A DNA stretch of 63,999 nt, the filler included, from Stramenopiles sp. TOSAG23-6 (lineage: Eukaryota), in NCBI GenBank assembly GCA_900128565.1. It is 14 parts of 14 records of this genome, joined end to end, with 100 filler letters (N's around TTAATTAATTAA, not from the genome) between each part and the next. Parts side by side here need not be neighbours in the genome. Positions count along the whole stretch, not along the records: positions 18,382 to 22,867 come from LT637153.1; positions 22,968 to 27,451 come from LT637154.1; positions 27,552 to 32,033 come from LT637155.1; positions 32,134 to 36,612 come from LT637156.1; 10 more parts are not named here. One strand, 5' to 3'. The translations under genes and the position numbers were made by a program. Of the stretch, positions 20,999 to 33,687 are shown piece by piece (positions within the stretch are counted from its first letter, which is position 1; each line of letters starts with the position of its first letter). The notes beneath the pieces are model-generated. The model was given only the letters and a program-made list of their open reading frames with translations, did not search any database and was not told the origin of the DNA.

Positions 20999-21300
20999 CT
21001 TAATGATCTGAGATTGAAATGAAAATTTAAGCACGACTATTTTTAAAGGGTAGCGAAAATTCTGCTTCTTTGCGTCTTCGTTTGGATTCGTTTGGATTCG
21101 TTTGGATTTTGGAAAGGCGCTGTTCATTTACCATTTCCGGGTAACTTCAAATATCCAAAAACTCCAAAAAAAACAGATTGTAATCGGGGCCGTGGTCGGT
21201 ACGTTAAATACGTGACGAAAATGACACTGGCACATAAAAAAGTCTTTTGGTGCCAGAGTGCATATCTACAGATGCAATCTACAGTTATCATAATCTAGTG

Positions 21301-22796
21301 ATGGGTAATTCTCCTAGCTCTAAATCTTCCCGATCGACTGTTAGATCTCTTTCTTGCTCTAGTCCCATAGAAAAGAATGCTTCAAATTTCCCAGAACTTG
21401 TTGAGATGAAGTCACCTCGCAGGCAATCCGTTCATGCTGGTTTAGAAAATCCTCTTGGACATAATAACTGCTTTCTGAATGTGTGTATACAAGCAATGTG
21501 GCATTTAGATGCATTTCGTGATGCAATTTTACGTTCAGAGCATTCTCTGATTGATAAATCGCTTGAAGGATCTGCTTCTGCTTCGTCTGACCCTAATAAT
21601 ACCTTGTTATATAAAATCCACCAACTGTTTAGACGATATGCGTCTACAGGATCATACAGTGGACCTTTAAAGTCTAGTGATATTCGCATAACATTGGCTA
21701 GTTTATACGGGAGCCAAAACCGTTTCCAACTAGGTCAAATTGACGATGCAACAGAGGCCTTTGATTGTATTTTAAAGTGTATACATGCTAATCACATTTC
21801 CGATAAACCAGGATTACAAAATGCCTTGGCGAAAATTTCCGTAGATGGTCAACTTGATGTTAGTCGTAGTATAGATATTCCATGCGAAGAAGGTATGAGT
21901 CGCGGTTGTGTCGCTTGCTCTGTGTTTGGATATGATTCGTTTGATAAAAGTGTCTGTGGTACCTGTGGTATTACTTCTGAGCCTATCATTTGCCGAGAAT
22001 TAGTTTACCTTGTATATGCCCATGAACTTTCTGCTGTGATATATGAACAAAGATCTACAAAGGAGACACCTGAACTATCTAAATTACTCAGGCAAATAGT
22101 ATGCACGTTTTCATCATTATTTTTTTACAAAAACGTTTTTTCGTAGTAAATTTTGTATCTAACGAATTATTTGACGAAAAAAAATATTTTTTATAAGACA
22201 GTGAGAGCCCATCCACCAAAATCATGTCCATCCAAAAATGAGGATAAAAATGTATCACAATCTGAGATATCTTTAAATGATTCTAATAGCCCAGATTGTA
22301 AAACAGCAAACAAAACTAAAAATATATCATGTGAAGGTAAGGCGAATACGGATCGTCCGTTTTCAAAATTAAATTTCGAATTTATTTGTTTTTTCGTACG
22401 AAATTCCGTACCTAACGAATGTTTTTAAGAAAAAAAATATTTTTCACAATATATGTTGGTGTGTTTCTTTACCAAAAGTTTTTGTTCTTAGCCTCGTATG
22501 GTCATCAGATAGATCATCAAAAGTAGAAATAGAGTGTGCTTTAGACGTAATGTCTCAACAGCTGTAAGTTGTCCACTTTAATTTCAATTTGGTTTTCGTA
22601 CGAAATTTCATACCTAACAAGTTGTTTTTCTAAAAAACATATTTTTCACAATACTTGAAACTTCGTGAAGTTTTTCAATGCCCCCAAGTTGAATTAAACA
22701 AAGAGGCGCAAAATTCTATCTATAGTTTTTCTGGTATGATTTGTTATTATGGTAAGCATTATGTTGCATTTTTCATCAGTCGTGCTCAAAAAACAT
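21301..22796 (+). CDS. USP53/USP54-like ubiquitin C-terminal hydrolase, 5' part (exons 21301-22102, 22202-22354, 22455-22563, 22657-22796)
   Basis: GLENPLGHNNCFLN Cys box, DATEAF, LSLVW, YYGKHY His box; MGNS N-terminus. Confidence 0.85.
22103..22201 (+). mobile_element. Introner-family intron, GC-AG
   Basis: GCACGT donor; phase 1 fits AAGACAG|TG. Confidence 0.6.
22355..22454 (+). mobile_element. Introner-family intron, GT-AT
   Basis: GTCCGT...CACAATATAT; gives DRWCVSLPKVFVLSLVW. Confidence 0.75.
22564..22656 (+). mobile_element. Introner-family intron, GT-TT
   Basis: GTAAGT...CACAATACTT; phase 2 (CT|G). Confidence 0.75.
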
Positions 22797-23178
22797 GTAT
22801 TTTTTCATCATTCACTCTTAAAAAAATATTTTCTTTTTTTTTGAGTAATTAACGAATTTCGAATTTGNNNNNNNNNNNNNNNNNNNNNNNNNNNNNNNNN
22901 NNNNNNNNNNNTTAATTAATTAANNNNNNNNNNNNNNNNNNNNNNNNNNNNNNNNNNNNNNNNNNNNCTCTCTCTAAAATTATTATGATTTGAGATTTCG
23001 ATTTTTCAATTGCACACATTATATGATATGATATAGGTTTCATATTACATTTGCGTTTCACAGTATATAAAACATCACCACATGGCATCAAGGAACCTCT
23101 TTGAACCTCTTTGAACCTCTTTATAACACTAAATTTTTCGGTGTCCACATATTAGTGTGAGTAATTAATTGCACAACC

Positions 23179-24133
23179 ATGTTATATGACTTTAGTCTAT
23201 TTTGGGTAACCTCGTTTGTTCGTTCTGCTAGGACAGGAAAGGATAAAGAAACAAGCCATCTTCCAGCAGAGCTTTCAAGCCCCGAAGTAATGAAAAAGGT
23301 TCAGTGTCTTTGGGATACTGAGTTGTTACGTTCTAAAAAAAAAGGTCGCAAACCTTCTTTGCTTTATGTTTTATACCTAGTCGGACGAGGAAATCTATGT
23401 TTTGGTAGCACGTTTGGTATTATCCAGGGTTTACTAAGTGTTGTGGCACGGCCTCTTTTGCTGCGAAAACTGGTTTACTGTATAGAGGATACTGATATTG
23501 ATGATTCATTTCTTTATTTTCTCGTTGCTTTGATTGGCGCAGAACTTTTTCTTGTATTTCATTTGTTCACATGAAATATTACGATAATGTTTGCTTTCAA
23601 AAGGACATTGTTGTTTCATTTTAAAAATAATTGACATATTGCAAAAACAATTTGAGGGTATTTTTTCTATGCTTAGCCGTCACTCTATATTAGATCATTT
23701 TAGTTGTACCTTTGTAACGATGACTTCTTGCTTAATACAGCAGAAAAGTATGTATGTTTTGAATCCTAACGGCAACACTAACTTCAACAACATTTTACAT
23801 TTTTTTTTTCGTACGGAATGTTGTACCTAACGATTTTTTTGAAAAATATTTTTTCACAATTCATGCGATTATCAAAAGATTCAACAAAGCTTCAAGAAAG
23901 TGGACTCCTGGGTAATGATATTATGCGTTGCGTAGAAGATTTCAAATATTTAGCTCTAATACCTACTTGTCTTTCTGCTTTCATTGGTGGTATCTTTATG
24001 CTCATTTGGCTTGTTGGGATTTCAGGAATTGTTGGCTTTTCTGCGTCTATTATAGTACTCCTCATGAATTGGCGATTGGGCTACTTAACTACATCTGTAG
24101 AAGAAAAGACTCTTGCTGCAGCGGACGAAAGAT
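23179..24133 (+). CDS. ABCC/MRP-type ABC transporter, N-terminal TMD fragment (exons 23179-23553, ~23651-23751, 23865-24133)
   Basis: RPLLLRKLV, QKSMRLS, GNDIMR and AADER ABCC TMD1 patterns; breaks at the next intron. Confidence 0.7.
23752..23864 (+). mobile_element. Introner-family intron, GT-AT
   Basis: Phase 2; KSM|RLS. Confidence 0.75.
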
Positions 24134-24224
24134 GTACGTCATATTTTTTTTCAAATTTGATTTTTTTTTCGTACGAAATTTTGTACCTAACGATTTATTT
24201 TTGAAATATTTTTCCAAAATACAT
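24134..24224 (+). mobile_element. Introner-family copy at an out-of-phase (chimeric) junction
   Basis: Near-consensus copy; donor is phase 1 but the downstream ORF needs phase 2. Confidence 0.75.
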
Positions 24225-27180
24225 GAATAACGGCAAAAGCAATCTAAATGTTCAGTCTGGAATGAAGAGTAAATCTGGGGATACTATATTGGCTACTGGA
24301 GACGACACAGTCCAAAGTTTGAAAGTTAAACTTCAAACAACACAAACGCACATGCTTGAAGCTTGTGATGATTTACAGCGAACTGAGAGAATGCTCGAGT
24401 TACAGACTCGAATTAATAAAGAACTAGAAACAGAAATATCTGAATTAAAGTCACTCAACAGTAGTTCTCCAAGTCATCTTAAAGAGATGCTTGCCAAAGT
24501 TCAGTTGGAGTTGCAAGATAAAAACAAGAAGCTGAATGATTTACTTTCTAATGGTGGAACTTTTAACTCTCAGCATGTACAGAGTACAAATTCTAATGAA
24601 ATGGTTAGAAGTAAGGTATCTAACGACACAGTGATACAATCTGATATAAATGATAAAATATCCAGGGCTCATTTTGGTTTAAATGAGGGAATGGTTGCAA
24701 TGGGAGAAACTGTTTTGGAAATATGGGTGAAGCACGCTCGTTTAGACCCTGGAATGGTAAATCATAATTCTTCTACATTTTGTATGATTGATTTTTACGA
24801 CTTTGAATCACAAACAACACCAGTGGTTGCAGGAATTCGACCAGACTTTAACTTTGCAGCAACTTATCGAATTCGTGTTGATGATTTCTTATTAGTTCAT
24901 CTCTGTCGCCCTGAAGGAGTTGTACACGTAGAACTAAATCTTGTAGAATATACAGACTTTGAGCAACTTGCAGTAGCAGAATTACCGTTGTTCGCATTAC
25001 TATCACAAGCACGGAATCCAGTAGTATGTGTAGATTGTCCACTCCGACGGGAAAGCGATGGTTTAATATTGGGTACGTTATTCATTGAAGCTCGTCTTGC
25101 TTCACCATTAAATGTCACTTGGCAAACATTTCTCGATGAACATCCAAAAGAAGCAAAACGTGTAAATGATGAATTAGCTCTATATAATGAACATGGAAGT
25201 GGTGCTAAAGGATCCGTTCATACAGGCGTCGGTACTTCTTCTGTAGAAGCACATCATTACAAACACCTTACTTCTAATGTACAACCCACAACGGTGACGA
25301 ATCATATAGAAGTATCTGTAAAGGCGTGCTCTGGTTTATATAAGGGAAGGAACAATGCACCGTCGCCATATGTGCATTATCACATGCAAGGACACGGTGA
25401 TACAATGACTAATGTAGTATCAGCTGCTTTTTCACCGACATTTAATCATAAACGAGCGTTTGCAATCTTAGTCGATAAAGAAAAGATAAATGCAATTAGA
25501 GGTCAGAGAATGCTCTTTACGGTGTTCGATGATAGTGATCATAATATTGCCTCAAGTGGAGTTGTTGGCACTGCTGTAGTCCCTTTGAAACGATTGGCAA
25601 ATGGGGATGAAATCAGAGGTCGTTTTGATATTACTGACTCGGATGGACAAGAAGGAGGCATTCTCGAAGTTGTGATAAAATGGAGAGATGAGTTGAAACT
25701 CCCAGACAAAGTTATGGTTTCAAAGAATGTTTCTTTTGAAACTTCAAAAACAGTTTCAAAAACAACATTTGATCCAAATCATCATAAATGCCCTATGAAT
25801 ATGACTTCGCTTTCCTCGGTAATGGATAAATTCAGCGTATATCCTAAAATATCAACATCAGATGGAAAAGAATCCATAATAAATATTTCCCCTATTAATT
25901 ACGTGTCATTTGTACAATGGGCATCTCCCAAACCTTCCATATTGGAGGCACAAAAGTTTTTACGATTGAAAGCTATTGAATTCAATGGAACGTCAATTGA
26001 TGAAAATACAGCAATGAAAATGTTTAGAGATACATTAGAAGTACAAAGTGAATCAAAAGATGAAAATGAGTCATCTGAAAACATTTCTACTGACGGAATT
26101 CAAATTGTTTTGGACAAATTAAAGTGGTCAGCAAATGCTAGAGTTTTGAATGCTTTAAGTATGCCAATAAAAGATGGTGGCTGTGGTGGAAATATAAATC
26201 GTATTGTTGAACTAATGAATTGCCCTACGAATGAAAGTGAACGAAAACTGGAAGAATCTATTCATGTTCATTCTCAAGTTTTAAGTAATAGTGGTATAAG
26301 CATATTCGACCATTTTAATGATTTGGATTCTGCTAATCTGAGTGATAGTTCAATTCCATCAAATAAATTCGTGCAAGCTCTGGTAAGTTTAGGATTTATA
26401 GCATCAAACGATGCAGAGAAATATTTCAAACAGAATAATATTCAATCGGATGGTACAAAGAGTACATTCGTCCCTCTTGAAGTTGATATTCTTGACACGA
26501 AACAAGAAACAACTTTTGAAAAAGAGAAAAAGATCTTTGAGGCATTAAACAATAGTGAAACTGAAATGGCTGAAAATACAAAAAAATCTACTACGGAAAA
26601 TATTGCCATGGAAAATGTTGCTGGTGGTGATGATGCCCACAACAACAGCAACAATGAAACTAACGTTGCGGAAGATGTTGCTATAAATGAAGCCAACAGC
26701 AACGATGATAAAACCGTAGAAAATGTGGAATTTTTAGTAGGTCAGGTTGTTGAAGCAAACTACGATAATCAAGATGAGTGGTTTCCAGGTGTCATCAAGG
26801 CAATACACAAAAACGACGATGACATAACATATGACGTCGCATATGACGATGGAGATTTCGAAGAGAAGCTTTCAAATTCAAGAATTCGTATTGTGGAAAG
26901 CAATGATACTAAAATTTATGGCGAAAAACACGTAAACGCAGCAGTTATTATACAATCACACCAAAGAGGATACTTAGCTAGAACTTCAAACTCACAGGAA
27001 AATGTTGCGAATTCATTCAAATTAGGTGATGCGATTGATGCAAATTATGATAATAATGGTGAATATTTTAGTGGAACGATTGCAAAAGTACATGAAGACA
27101 ACACATATGATATTGACTATGACGATGGCGATAAAGAAAGTAGTGTCAGTGCTTCGCTCATACGTACTCGTAGTGTGTGA
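24225..27180 (+). CDS. RPGRIP1L: RPGRIP1L/Fantom-like transition-zone protein, 3' part (coiled coil, two C2 domains, Tudor-like, IQ, Tudor-like)
   Basis: TFCMIDFYDFESQTTP (C2-C2_1), PSPYVHY/FTVFDD C2, VEANY..EWFPGVI..YDVAYDDGD, IQSHQRGYLAR. Confidence 0.75.
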
Positions 27181-27221
27181 GCATTTTTATACAACTAAAA
27201 TTTTATAATATATATGCTACT

Positions 27222-27451
27222 TTAATTTATATGTCTATGATTATTTTTTTCTATTAAATTTTGCACTCTCTTGGTAATACTTCCCCTGGAACGCTTTCGA
27301 TACTGTGCTGTGTCTTTTTCATTACGGACATATCCCAATGGACAAGACTCCGCACCAGAAGCCCAATATCTTCTATTTAAAACTATTAGATACACTGCAT
27401 ACAATAGTAACACCAGAGACCCAAAATTGACGGTGAGAATAAAGTACTTTG
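27222..27451 (-). CDS. 3' fragment of a membrane protein
   Basis: Open frame from the contig edge with a hydrophobic helix. Confidence 0.4.
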
Positions 27452-27610
27452 NNNNNNNNNNNNNNNNNNNNNNNNNNNNNNNNNNNNNNNNNNNNTTAAT
27501 TAATTAANNNNNNNNNNNNNNNNNNNNNNNNNNNNNNNNNNNNNNNNNNNNAAAACCAAAAAAAAAAAAAAAATCATACAAAAAATTCAAATTTAAAAAA
27601 TAAAATATAC

Positions 27611-28712
27611 ATTCTTTAGGTAAAAAAAGACGACCACAAAACGTCTTTGCAGATCGTCCTGTCAATGATATAATTGAACAATTTTGTGTATTTTCTAATA
27701 CAGCAGAATTCCAAAATATTCGAGAATCTCCAGTTTGAAGCTCAGATATATTATGAAACATATTTTTTTTTTTTAATTTTTTTTTTGTTAGGTACAAAAT
27801 TTCGTATGAAAAAAAAAAAATAAAAAAAAATAAAAAAAATAAAAACATACAGGATATACTTAACACTCCATCATTTTCATCATTTTCATTTTCATTAGTG
27901 TTTCCTGGTAAATCCAAACGCAATGTGTATATAAATGTACCTGGTACATCTGATAACCATTCATCTGGTAGATTGTCCAATACACAATTTTCAATATCAA
28001 ATAATTTTGATTGTTTTGTAGAATTTTTCAATTCTTCATTGAAAGTGACGGAAAATAAAAATGAAACTTTTTCAATATATTTTTGTGTTTTTTCTGTATT
28101 TTTTTGTGTTTTTTCTGTATTTTCTGTATTTTCAATCATTAACTGTATTGAATTATTTTGTTCCTGAATATTTGGATTTGTAATAAGTTCACCCATGTCA
28201 ACTAATCCAGTTGTTAGACAACCCAATGAGGAGTGTAAAACACGAATTTTTACATATTTTTTACATAAGTTTGTAATTGTGTTTACATCCAATGAAAAAT
28301 CATGAGATTGTAATGAAATATCGTTTTTTGTTTCATTTGTAGACGAAGATAAAGAAGATAATGAAGATGCAGGTATTGGCGTTAACGAAGATGTAAGAAA
28401 TTGTGTACAAGCTTCTAGGTTGGAATCCACAAATTCTATATGCATTGAATAATGATGTTGTTCATCTTGTGATACTACGTTTTCTTCATTTTGTGATAAT
28501 ACGTTTTCTTCATCTTGTGCTTCTGCAACATCCATTGTACTATTTTCAGTTATAGTCGCTTCGTTTGTTTCTTTGACGTCATTTAATGTTTCATTGTTTT
28601 CATTCTTTTGTTGAGTTTCATTTTGTTCTTCAACATCCATCTCAACAAGATTATTCATTTCTTTCTCAACTAATTCAATATTTGAAACACATATTGTAAA
28701 AGAACCTGACAT
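27611..28712 (-). CDS. Hypothetical acidic protein, 5' part (exons 28712-27851, 27745-27611)
   Basis: Long ORF with two family introns; no confident domain. Confidence 0.55.
27746..27850 (-). mobile_element. Introner-family intron, GT-AT (3n, stop-free)
   Basis: Phase 1 (T|CT). Confidence 0.7.
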
Positions 28713-29076
28713 ATTATTTCAAATACCCTGTATTACTTTGTCTTTTTTTTTTTTTTTGTAAGGAAATGCTTTGGTTTCTTTGTAGAGATTGAAGTAAAAA
28801 AATGTTTCTTGTTGTTTTTGTGGAGGAAAAAAAAAAAAGAAAAGAAAAAAAGACGTTACACTTTAAAAATGCACGAAATATCACAAGATTTTTTTTTTAT
28901 TTCTGTTATGACGTCATCAGTCAGTCCTTTTCAAGTTCAATAAGTTCAACAACAGAAAAAAAAAAACACAATCAATTCAACTCTTTCTCAGGTATATTCT
29001 CTCTTTCTCTCTTTTGAAATCACTTTTTGCGCTCTCCATTTACATACACTTGTTATATCGATCATTGTAAATTACC

Positions 29077-32033
29077 ATGGGTGTTCATGTGACTCGTCGT
29101 ACATCACGGGAAAGACAAGTAGTTATGTTATCATCAAAAGGATATTTCACTTCCCCTCAATTACATGTCGAAGGTAAACATAGTATTTGTCTTCTCATCG
29201 AACACGTTGGAACATGGACACTTCGTCCAAGTGAAATTAAATTGTGTAAAGACTTGGAAAATAAACTATCTCGTAAAGTATCTGGAAATGCATTGGATAA
29301 GACACGTATATCATCTGAGGACTTAATACTTGTACCTCTACCGAACAAATTAATTGGTTGTTCTAATTTATGTGGTCTACAATCACCGACTCGATTAATT
29401 CAATGGGTAAAGGAGAAACAATCTCCAAAGAATAAAATTAGTCTACTAGATCATACTCGACTCGGTAATGATCCATTACAATGGAGTGAACAACAAAAAC
29501 AATGGTTATCAAAACATATTATCTGGACTCGATATAATGAACGTGTGACAAATAGTCATGATGAAAAAGAAAATGGGCATATTTATCTTGGTTTACTTGA
29601 TGGTACACAACAAAATTGGGAATTACCTAATAATGAATTAGAAGAATGGAGTAAAGCAGAAGAGGATGTCCAACATTCAATATCTTGTGTATTTTGTCAA
29701 AATAATGAAATGAAACAAAAACAAAATTGTATACATGAAAATAATAATGAAATGAAACAAAAACAAAATTGTATTACTTATTATGTACACGTCATACGTT
29801 GGAGTAACCCTAACCCTACTTCTCTTGATAATTGTACCGATGATGAATTATTTTATCAAAAATATGGAAAAAAAAGTCTTCAAAATCAAAAAAATAAGAA
29901 AAATAGTATTAAAAAATTACGTGGAAAAGCGCGTTTTTGTGATGACGTCATTTATAGAGGCGGTCCAACCATTCGAAAATATGCAATTAAAAAAATACAA
30001 AATGATATTCAAACACTGTCAAATGTGTTACATAACCATGATTGTACTATTAATACTCAAAATATACAAAATAATAATATTCAAAATATTCAAAATATTC
30101 AAAATATACAAAATATACAAAATAATAATATTCAAAATATACAAAATATACAAAATATACAAAATAATAATACTCAAAATGAGTTAAATGCATTACAACA
30201 ATTGGCAATAACAATTAAAAATTGTCCAAATACTATAAATATTTGTACAAATTTGAATAATGAATTATGTATACAATCGTGTTATATCATTGATGATGTA
30301 ACAACAATATTATCAAATGATGTATGTTTTATTTATTTTTTTTTTTTTCGGTAAAAAAAAAAAAATTCGAATTTTTTTTTCATAGGAAATTTTGTACCTA
30401 ACAAATTTTTTTTTAAGAAAATTTTGAAATATTTTTCCAAAATACATATTTGCTTTTTACACAAAAGTAGACTTGAAATTTATATAAATGAAAATTGTGT
30501 AAATAAAAACAAAATTATTCAGTGGATGGACGCCCATAATACAACACGAAATCCTGAACAATCGACAACACGAAATCGTACAAATATCAAAAATATCAAA
30601 AATATCAAAAATATCAAAAATATCAAACATCGAAATGAAATAACACAAAAAACACAAAAAACACAAAAAACACAAAAAACACAAAAAACACAAAAACAAA
30701 ATCTAGAATGCACTATACCATTACCTAGTAATGTGAAAAATATTTTATGTAATGAAAAATTTGACCCTATATTTCGTCAAGCATGTTTGTTTTTATCATC
30801 ACGAATTTCATTTTTTTTTTTCATACGATTTTTTCATAGTAAAAAAAAAAAAAAAAAAAAATTTACTATTTGAAATTTGAAATTTTTTTTTTTTTTCGTA
30901 GAAAATTTGTACCTAACAAATTTTTTTTTTACTATTTGAAATATGTTGTACAAAATAGTAACAGAATATAGTTATATCATCGATTGTGAAGGTCCATCTT
31001 TTGAAACACGAAATCACAATCAAATTAGTTCATGGTTAAAACAATATCGATTTAATTCAACTATAAATTCACGTATATATAATCAACATAATCGTTATAA
31101 CACAGTGTTAGCAACATTAGGTGATGTATGTTTTTATATGAATGTCTAATTTAAATTCTTTTTCATACGAAATTTCGTACCTAACAAATTTTTTTTTGAT
31201 TTTTTTTTTGAAATTTCTAATTTAAATTTTTTTTCATACGAAATTTCGTACCTAACAAATTTTTTTAGATTTTTTTTTTTTGAAATATTTCTTCACTTTA
31301 TATGCCATACTTGATCTTATCGTTGCAATTCTTTTGCCATCACGAAATCTTGCAGAATTAAGAGCTAAATTAGTAGAAAATGATTCTTTACGTTTAGTTG
31401 TTAATGCAACTAATTTATCTGATATTTGTATTAATTCACCATTTGAACATGATAAAGCCTCACTTCAACATAGAGATGGAAAACGTGTATTTTTTTTTTA
31501 ATGAATTTTTTTTTTTTTTTTTTTTTAATAAATTTTTTTTTTTTTTTTTTTTTAAATTTTTTTTTTTTTTTTNNNNNNNNNNNNNNNNNNNNNNNNNNNN
31601 NNNNNNNNNNNNNNNNNNNNNNNNNNNNNNNNNNNNNNNNNNNNNNNNNNNNNNNNNNNNNNNNNNNNNNNNNNNNNNNNNNNNNNNNNNNNNTGCTGGT
31701 TGTTGTACTGATATCAATTTGAATCAACCTAATTATGTTTGTGGTGGTATTTCGTGTTTTTATAGTCCTGAACAGTTTTGTAGAAATTCTGGGTTTCAAA
31801 TTGTTTTTGATTTCGTGTTTTGGTCATTTCAACAGACTGGACAAAAAGGTATTGAACCCTATTCCACCTTTCATAATATAGTAAACCCTAACCCTAATTC
31901 AGACAAATCAAAATATTTTGAAAATTTTAATATGTTGATACATTCAGACAAATCAAAACTTCATCAAAATAGGCAATGTGAAAATAATTGTAAAAAAATA
32001 TCCATTCAATATTTAAAAAAAATTGGAAAAATG
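29077..32033 (+). CDS. Low-complexity protein with RNase III-like domain (exons 29077-30321, 30448-~30784, ~30959-31125, 31304-31486, then gap)
   Basis: Spliced LATLGD|AILDLIVA...LRAKLVENDSL...K resembles the RNase III signature region. Confidence 0.6.
30322..30447 (+). mobile_element. Introner-family intron, GT-AT
   Basis: Phase 0; AT duplicated. Confidence 0.75.
30785..30958 (+). mobile_element. Introner-family intron, boundaries ambiguous (GT-AG, or GC 30781 to TA 30960)
   Basis: TTTGTACCTAAC present; both boundary pairs keep frame. Confidence 0.5.
31126..31303 (+). mobile_element. Introner-family intron, GT-AT, with duplicated branch module
   Basis: Splits the LGD|AIL motif; CATACGAAATTTCGTACCTAAC occurs twice. 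Confidence 0.8.
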
Positions 32034-32215
32034 NNNNNNNNNNNNNNNNNNNNNNNNNNNNNNNNNNNNNNNNNNNNTTAATTAATTAANNNNNNNNNNN
32101 NNNNNNNNNNNNNNNNNNNNNNNNNNNNNNNNNAATAAATTTTGAAATAAATGATAAAAACATGAAAAAAAAAATTAAATTGAAAAAAATAATTTGATGT
32201 AAATGATACACATAC

Positions 32216-33687
32216 ATAGTAATTGGTAAAATCAACATTAGTGTCCAAAACTGCTCTTGGGTAGGTATAGCCCACCAATACGCTTCGATCCATAAAAACG
32301 TAGTGAGAAAAACACAACTTGACCCTTCATAACTTCTTGTATACAAATATTGTACAAAATATTTCAAAAATTGGAAATTTGTTAGGTACAAAATTTTTTG
32401 AAAAAAATAAAAATTTGAATTGAAAAAAACATTACATTTGAAATTAACGTACAATTTTGATGATGTACAAGATCGTGTCGCGTACTTATGTTTTCCTGTA
32501 TAGATTCCTACAGGTTCTGCGAGCCCATCTCCGACACCTGCATGTATAGTGAAGAATATTATGTGTAGTGAAAAATACGTTATACACGAAATACACGAAA
32601 TTTGTTACCAAAAAAAAAATTGAAATTCATTAAGAAAACGTACAACCAAAACAAAAATCATGACAAGTTTTTGCTGATCGATTCCAAGACTGGAAAATAG
32701 CCAGTTGAAAAATACAATCATGCACAAACCTGGTAAAATATTTCCACCAATGATCCATAATAAGACATTGGGTCGATCTTCCGGACGATCTAAAGAATTA
32801 AACATCCACAAGTACTGTAAAAAAATATTTCAAACATTTGAAATGTTTTGTTAGGTACAAAATTTCGTACCAAAAAAAAATATTTCAAAAATTTAACATT
32901 GAACAATATATTTGAATTGAAGGATGAAAATGTACATAAAAGGTGAGAAATTCTCTCGAAGTGGTTTTATCAAAACAAGGAAGCCTAGAAGAGTAAAAAA
33001 ATCTCCCCAGACTAGATGTAACTGAGGATATCCTGTAGCAATATTGGTCTTTACCAACAATGGCACTGCATAAGCAGCAAAATGTTGAAATTTTCGAGTA
33101 TAATTGACCTTGAACCACGACGCTTTGCTTGTTAGAATGTATCCATGTTCATCTACGTCACAATAACATCTGCACAAAGCACCACCACAGAGTGATACAA
33201 AACATATTATGAATAATTTAATGCCGTTTGTCTTCCAGAATTGAATATTATGCAAAAGGTGAGGTTCATAAATTGTAGTCACGCCAAGTAAAACTAAGAA
33301 AAATACAATCATAAACACAAGAAATGTAAGATCAAATGTTGTCTTCCAATCTTCACTATACTGTCGTCCTTCCTGTGCCATTTCTCCAGACTCGATTATA
33401 CGAGGACCACTACTCACTTCTATTATACGGGTTGCATGCTCAGGTATATCCCCATGGTCATCTGTGGGCACGGTACTACTAGCTTTACGTCTATCGTCCA
33501 TTTCTCCAAGTTTTGGCAAAGGCCAGAAGCCGCAAAAGTTTCGCCAACACAAAATTAAAAAAAACAAACCCAAAGGTACAGCTACAAAAGCTATCTGCTC
33601 TTCCTGTGAAAGCTGATGAGGCCATTTCGCGTGACTCTTAAAATCATCGTGGACGCTTTTCATAGCATTCTTCAAAATTCCTCCCAT
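32216..33687 (-). CDS. CTP-dependent polyprenol/phytol/diacylglycerol kinase-like membrane protein, 5' part (exons 33687-32936, 32809-32644, 32541-32453, 32344-32216)
   Basis: TRKFQHF, GVGDGLAEPVG, RSYEGS motifs; multiple TMs. Confidence 0.75.
32345..32452 (-). mobile_element. Introner-family intron, GT-TT
   Basis: Phase 2 (TT|G); TT duplicated. Confidence 0.75.
32542..32643 (-). mobile_element. Introner-family intron, GT-AT (degenerate branch module)
   Basis: FVLV|AGVGDGLAE; the downstream CAG is out of phase. Confidence 0.7.
32810..32935 (-). mobile_element. Introner-family intron, GT-TT
   Basis: Ends ...TTACAGTACTT; the CAG 5 nt upstream is out of phase. Confidence 0.75.
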
